Origin: Squalus acanthias
Taxonomy: Eukaryota
Direction of reading: 5' to 3'
DNA length: 64,000 nt
NCBI GenBank assembly: GCA_030390025.1
Contig: CM059431.1
Coordinates: forward strand, 100,814,001 to 100,878,000
This document shows, piece by piece, positions 56,783 through 64,000 of the stretch (positions are counted from its first letter, which is position 1; each line of letters opens with the position of its first letter). A program made the position numbers and the translations under genes. The notes under the pieces were generated by a model. That model worked only from the letters and a program-made list of their open reading frames with translations, was not told the DNA's origin and ran no database searches.

Positions 56783-59700
56783 TTATTAATTGAAAGGTAC
56801 TTTTAATTGAATGTTATACACTTTGAAAAGACATTTGATTGAGAGCAAGTCTGTAAAGCTTAGCTGTGTAAATTGCGTGTGCATGCTTATTTTTCAGTTT
56901 GCAGATATTTAATATATAGGCCTGGAATGTACGGGACATAATCTGTTGGTGGTATAAACATACTGAAAACCAAACAAGAACGCAGTTGGAAGACTTGATG
57001 CTTCCAGCAAGATCCCAAGCAGGACCTCCGCACATTCCCCTAAAGATATGAACAGGACACACCAGCACACCCAGACGGAAACATATGAGCCCTCCTCCCC
57101 CTAAAAAAATCCCTCAAACACAATAAGAACACAACCAGAACCACAGAAACTCCTCAAACTGGGAGCGACATTGGCTTTGCCCCGAATCTGCAACCGTTCC
57201 TTTATCTTTCTCGCAGACTAAACACTTGTGCCGAACATTGAATAAAAATCGAACTTCATTACTAATCACCAGACAATATTTCAAAGTGCGGTAAAAAGTT
57301 GATATTGGTTCTAATTTTCAGAAATTCGGTATTTTTTTAGGGTTCATTCTAATTGCTTTAAAAAAAATAGGAGAATCTATCAGAAAATCTTGGTTTCTGC
57401 CAATCGAGGGCCGGGGAAGGAGAGGGGAGATCATGCAGTTTTAAACGACAGGTTATCTTTTGTGTTTGTCCACTCAAATTTGAATTTATAATGAGCAAAA
57501 AATATATAATTTTTACAACGATCCGTGTGTTTCGCAAATTGAAAATAAGCAAAAAATAAGGAAGCCGCGCGTTTCGGACACTCCTGAGAGATTTGATAGT
57601 TCAATATATCAAAAAGAAAGGATCGCGGCAGATCAGTATAATTTACAGTATCTCTCATCTTCAACCCAATTTAGCGCAGTTATCTGAAAGACAATTACAG
57701 GACTGCGATAAGCAAATGGGAACCTAGCGCGCGATTGTGACTTGTCTTACTGTTGAAGACACGAGATAAACAAGAGTGACACTTGCTTTATTCGGTTATA
57801 TTATTTGTTTGTTTTACTTAATGTTGAACTAAAATCTCACTTTGCAAAAGTCACACCTAGCAAAGCGTTGTGATTGTCCGTGTGCAGTGTAAATTATAAT
57901 TAAATCCAATTAAGTGCGGAGAGTGCGAAGGGTGTATCCACAAGCAATAATTCTCAGGGCTGTTTATCGATTTTTTTTTAACCTCCCTCCCCCCCCAACT
58001 CCAAGTTTTGATCAATAGGCAAACGGAACAAAACCTATTGTCAAATGGAGCAAGAGTTTGTGTTCGAATCAAAGAAACATGTTCAGAGCGATGCTTGCCA
58101 ACCTGTAATGACAACGATCTGATTCTCACAAAATAGATGTTACTTTAAATCTTGAATATTTGCCTAAAAGTGCACTGGCTCCGTTATTTACTTGTGGAAA
58201 CTCTGCACCGATGCGCAGATTGGAGAGGATGACTGAGATCACTCCTCCCAGTACTCTGACTGATAATAATCTCGAAAGTTTTCGTTAATCGCAGTAACAT
58301 GGCTGTCGAGGACAGCAGCGTTATTCGATATACCCAGAAACGGTTATAGATTGAATTAAAGAACGTGTATGTAAGACATATTGAATCTCAATTATCGCAA
58401 TATTCTATACAATTCCGTTTTATAACGATTGGTGCTAGCAGCTTCATGTTTCGCTTTCCTATATCTATCTAAAGGGGTTATTTTTTTTTCAGGAGGTGGG
58501 GGGGGGGGACTTTGTATTAAACAATACAAATCTCGAATAAAAATACAAAAATGAGAAACGGTTGAATCTTTATAACCAGTCGCTCCCAGGCCCTTCCTAA
58601 CGGATGCATAGAGGGGTTCGGATCACTCACAATGTATCAATACTGGAGATTGCACCGGCGTGCAAATAAATAATAATTAATATTTCAATTGATTTTAAAA
58701 TAAATCCATTTATGAAACGTGTTGAGAAGTGGGAGATTGTTTTTTTTTGGTGTAGATCGATTTTTACTTTTATATCGGGATGGTTTGGGGAATAGAGACC
58801 AAACAAGACAATGTGGCTTTAAAAAAGTTCCCTGGCCTCAGACACAGCGCCAGCCGCAGGTGCACGGGTTTTTGGAAATATAGTAAGAAATGGAAAAAAA
58901 AAAGTTGGTTAGACAATTGTCACACTGTAACGCGTCTGATTAACATGCCCGTGACACTTTTTCCTTGTAGATTGGAATCCTAGCAACAGCAGACAAAGGC
59001 CGGAGCGGCTTTAGTGGGGTCCGCTGGGAGACACTGATGTCTTTGATCTGGCGCTATTAAACACAGAAAGAGAGAAGAGAAAAAAAAAAGTCAGAACCAT
59101 TAACCCGGGCCAGAACAGAGCCGGGGCACGGCACTCCAATCCGCACACTTCAAACTTAATAACCAGCTTCCAAAGAAAGAGGATTACCTTTCAGTGAAAT
59201 AGACAGCGACATCTTCCTTTAGCGGGAGTGGAAATGACATTGAATTGAGAAACTTGCACTAGTTTTTTGGGGTAAAAGTTAAAAGGCTATGTCACATTTA
59301 TTTGGGAGTGTTTACCTTGTATTTTTGCCTGTTTTGATGCTACCGTCTTGGCGCAACACAGTTTGGCTCTCAGCTCACTGCTGAAAATTCCCCTTGGCAA
59401 ATTTGTTTTTAAAAATGGACGCGCAAAGCCAGATATCACAATTATTGAAGATAAAATAATATGCACGGTTTAAAATGTATAATATTTAAACTGCAGGTGA
59501 GGATTATTCCACGCAATCGTTGCAGCGATGGGCTGAAGATAATGATAGCTTCTACCTTTAAAAAGCTGATAATTTATTAACAATTTAGACTTGCCGGAAA
59601 GTCACTAACTATATAGGAATCTTTCGTTTGGCTGCTGCTAGTCTGTAGATTATGGTGATTTTAGGCTAAGTCTTTGAAGACTTGTCTCTTTCATTTATTT

Positions 59701-62020
59701 TGACTGCCCCACAAAGCACTCATGTTTGAGCTGTTATATGTGCTCGCTATAGCGGAAAGAACACGGCCATCCCAACAAAAAAAAAAGTGAGGCTGCACTA
59801 CCTCTGCCACGTCAGCTTTATCCTTCCTGTTCAAAAAAAAAAGCTCCTGAAATGTTCTGCTTCTCAACACATTTGCACCAGAACTCTCCAAACACCCCCC
59901 CCCCCAGTCCCCCTAGAATTGCCGGTACCGAATCTCGGACCATCCGCATCAACACAGCCTCGGCTTCTCTCCCCACAACCCTAACGCTTCACTCAAATTC
60001 TCCCAAATCAGTCAGAGGGTGCGAGCAGTTTGTAAAACCCGAGGGAAACTCCAAAATGTTAACTGCAATTGCTAAAAAAAAATTGTCCAGAATTTTTGCT
60101 CAAACCTACCACGATTTAGAATGTATTTTATAAAATGGTAATCAGTGCATTAAATATGGCACAAACCCCGTACGAATTATGTCAAGCGTTTGTTTATCAT
60201 TGAGTTTTATTTGATTGAAATATGGGGAATAGGCACGCGCGCCTTACTTGCAAATCGTTTCAAGAGCTGGCGGTTTAAAAGCTCCATTTTACCCATTCAA
60301 ACCATTTGCCGAAATTGCTGCGTTTAATTGATCTTTTAACTTTTAATTTACGGGATTATATTAGAAATTAGCGACTTGTTATTAGCGGCAACATCACCCA
60401 ATCTGAATAGGAAGTGAACAAAAAAATCAATCAGGAAACATGACTCTGGTGAAGCTCTGGGTGGAATCGGGTTTATCAGACGGGTTTGACACGGAGGGAG
60501 AAATCTTGGAGCTCAGTGTGGATTGCCTGATCTTAGAAAGTCAGGATTTCAAAAAGCATTTTATTCAGCGTCATTTGGGTTTTCGATTATGATATTAACA
60601 CCAATAAAAGGTAGATATTTCCCTTAAATAGAAAAGGTTCGACTGAATTCTTTCTCTGGCTATTATGGCGACCCTCAGTTGCATTTTCAAACTTGCTTTC
60701 ATATCATGTTCATAAAATCGGAAGTACATTACCTCCAGTGCTGCTGTAATTTTTTAAAATAAAATTATTAGCCACGGATTACATTCATTGCATCAATTTA
60801 CTTTTGCACCCCTCCCTGCAAAAATAAAGGAGCCAGCGCTCCATAAAGGCGATGTTAATGGAAAGAGTTAAATATGGAAAGGGGATTGCGCCCGTGTTGT
60901 TGGTTGCAGAGAGCAGAAAAATCAAACTGTTTCCCAAAACCGAAAGAGCAATCTCTTGCACAAGTCTAACCGAGCAGCAGCACACTTCGGGCCCCGAAAT
61001 TATAGGTAAAAATAATGCTTTACTTTCGTCGAAACAAACTACACCTGGCACTTAAATACACCCTGCTGACCTTTGAGCGTTTTTTTTTGAGAACTTACAT
61101 GACAAGTTTTATTGTCCCCAGATAAATATTACATATCCTGGACGCCTGAAATAAATACAACGGGAAAATTGGGTTACTTAAAAAAAAAAGACAAGTGAAT
61201 ATTCAAATGATATTTTTTTTTAAAACCACAAATCTTTCGGGTTTAAAATATGGTGGGTAGGTGTAAGGCAGAATTAGTGTATCAGACCGGAAAAGGCAGT
61301 CTCCTCCCCTAAACTAATAAAACCCATTAAAACTGAGTAAAATCATACGGTTACAGTCAAACTCATTCGCCGCAAATTCTATCCTACTGTCATTTTACGA
61401 GCAATCAATTTGACAGGAGCTGGACATTTTAGTTTAACAAATTGCTTCGGAGAGAACTTTTTACAATAGTTTTTTTTTTCTCTTTCCTTGATCCAGTTCC
61501 CATCGAAAAAAAAAACCCAAGCAGTCCTTTCCAATATTTACTACACCTGCTATTTCATGATTCGACTGCTTAAAAAAAAGTGATCTGTGCAGCAACTAGA
61601 ATTCGGATATTATAATTTCCCATTTACAGACATTCAATTACCAGGGAATTTCTTTTTTAAAAAATCTCTCCTTGCTTAAATCAGCGACAGATCCTTTATT
61701 GAAGGCAAATCGGCCCTTTTATTCATTTAAAAAAAAATGCTTAGCAACAATCGGGCGAACACTTGATTCGTTTAATGGCACGGATTATTTCAGATAAAAC
61801 TGGATTTAAAAAAAACTTCACCGATTGCACCGGGCTCCTGCAAAGTAAAGTGGGAATTCCACGCGTGAAATTCGTTCATTTTTCGATCCCAAGACTGGTA
61901 TAATGTTCCAAAAATAATAAATTAAACAAAAGCCCCAACCAGTAATTAAAGTTAATTTCCCACCCTGGAAGTCTTTGAGAGATTAAATTATTAAAAATGT
62001 AATTTTCAGACTCAGAACGG

Positions 62021-62046
62021 CGTGTGTGTGTGTGTGTGTGTGTGTG
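62021..62046. repeat. (GT)n microsatellite
   Basis: Direct. Confidence 0.9.
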
Positions 62047-62832
62047 ATTCAAACTTTTTTTTCCAATCTAGCAGCGATTTCTATTTAATTTCCCTCCTTT
62101 CTTGGCAAGTGAAGCAACAACAGTTGACAGAGGTTTTTAAAGATTTAAATCTGGAGAACTGGTAATTGCTTTTTTTTACACACTCTTCTCCCGAGTTCCG
62201 GTGTAAAATATCTGCAGGCGGTCCATCTCCACACAAAGCAACCTGCTCCACTCCGGCGCACAAGATCTACAATTACAAATGCAGTATTCGCACTTCGGGT
62301 TCATTAATATGCACAAAATCCCACCGCTAATCTTATAATCCGTTTTGTTTCATTAATTGCCTTTCTAACACAGGCGGGAAAAGAAAGAGAGAGAAAAAAA
62401 AGCAGAAATGAAAACACATCCAACCCTTCTGCTTTGCCACTCAATACTTTGTTTTTTTTTAAAAAGAGGAGAGTACAGACACATTTACACGTTCCTCCAG
62501 GGATACCAACACGTTTCGACATCTGGCATCACCCCCACCCAGAAACAGGATCTGAAACTTTCCGACACATTAACAAGCCAACAACCAACACTTAAAAAAA
62601 ATATACTAAACAACACAATTAAACAGATTAAATTGCCCCTTCGTCACGTTTAAAACTCATTGACGAATTTCGCACCATTTCAAAAAGCAGGGCAAATTCC
62701 AATTTTCCTGTCTAATTTACTCGCCCAATAACAAACTTTGCTGTTTTCTCAATTAACGTTTATCACTTAACACAATAGAACTTTGGCAGACGCACACACA
62801 AAGTGCAAAAAAACTGCAACAAATACACTAAC

Positions 62833-63225
62833 ATTTCAAATCCCTCCATGGTCCTCGCCCCCCCCCCCCCCACCTCCCCTCCCTATCTCTGTAATCTCCT
62901 CCAGCCCCACAAACCCATCCCCCTCCCCCCGAGATCTCTGCGCTCCTCCAATTCTACCCTCTTGTGCATCCCCGATTTTCATCGCTCCACCATTGGCGGC
63001 CGTGCCTTCAGCTGCCTGGGCCCTAAGCCCTGGAATTCCCTCCCTAAACCTCTCCGCCTCTCTCTCCTCCTTTAAGACGCTCCTTAAAACCTACCTCTGT
63101 GACCAACCTGTCCTAATATCTACTTATGCGGCTCGGTGTCAAATTTTGTTTGATAATTGCTCCTGCAAAGCGCCTTGGGACGTTTTACTATGCTAAAGGC
63201 ACTATATCAATACAAGGTGTTGTTG
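62833..63225 (+). mobile_element. L2 3' fragment
   Basis: PPYLCNLLQPH...GGRAFSCLGPKPWNSLPKPLRL. Confidence 0.85.
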
Positions 63226-64000
63226 AATAAATTGGGCGAGCCCATGATCAATGTTAAAAATTAACGCAAAGATCTGAATAATGAATACTTGAGAGGAGTT
63301 CAAGGATATCACTCCAAAATTGGGGTTCAAACGAGGGCCTACACTCAAGGGACAGAAGTTGGAGAAAATTAAAAATGTTCCCCCATCGCCACTTTGAGAT
63401 GAAGCAGTAGCCTTTCACTTTGAGGTGTCCATAATGATATCTGCCACATGTAAGACTAGGGTATGGATTATCTTAGACAATATACCTGAAGTAAATCAAT
63501 CTGGAGTATTGCCAATATTATACTGCATGTAAAATGTAACGCATGCTGGGGTATTGATTTACAAAATCATATATATGTGTTTTTCCCTTGAATAAAATAA
63601 ACTAATGAAGGGAAACCTGTTTCCTGTTGGCCAAAAACCAACTGAGTAAGGATCAGGTGACTGACAGAAGGCTATTACAACCCTTTGTGAGGTCATCACG
63701 AAGGATTACAGCAAGGATTGACTTGCCACTGAACTGTTACATAAAGAGCAATAGATTCATGGCAGTTGTTACAAGGGCGGGATATTCAAAAGGGTCAAGT
63801 GACCTCACCAAACCCAAAGATTCCAACATCGCTTGCAATTTCTTCCAAAGTTAACCCTTAGTTCACACAAGTGTGAAGAGTAGAGCGATGGCACAGAGCA
63901 TTTACCCTTCAAGCTCCAACACACGGTGTCATCAAGTGATAGAACATTGATTCACACCGGTGACTTCCCACACAACAAATTCTTGATCTCAATTGGGCCA

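Noticed and set aside
57000..64000. ZIC2/ZIC5 coding sequence
   Set aside because: No C2H2 zinc-finger or ZIC C-terminal coding sequence was found. The neighbourhood is only a synteny expectation.

Overview
Eukaryotic, repeat-dense vertebrate DNA. The repeat families (CR1/HER1-like and L2 LINEs, Deu-domain and HE1-type SINEs, Penelope elements) point to a shark or other elasmobranch. The one host gene is PCCA (propionyl-CoA carboxylase alpha) on the minus strand. Coding exons 1-4 lie at 34522-34469, 13187-13110, 10941-10894 and 581-513, with canonical GT/AG sites and phase-0 junctions, and the gene runs off the left edge. The ~29 kb upstream has no recognisable protein-coding gene but has several TE-free, CpG-rich blocks, as expected if this is the ZIC2/ZIC5-PCCA regulatory interval (inferred from synteny). 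Almost all long ORFs in the supplied track are TE remnants or tandem-repeat artefacts. The most interesting signals are: (i) ~210-255 bp TSD-flanked foldback Penelope-derived mini-elements carrying minimal hammerhead ribozyme motifs with covarying stems, three motifs being sense within PCCA intron 1; (ii) a 3.3 kb EN+RT LINE with a tRNA-type Pol III head and no ORF1, apparently inserted as one unit; (iii) a histone H2A pseudogene whose homology ends at the histone stem-loop; (iv) a locally templated inverted micro-insertion. Repeat boundaries were read by eye and are approximate unless TSD/TIR coordinates are given. Family names come from recall, not a database search.
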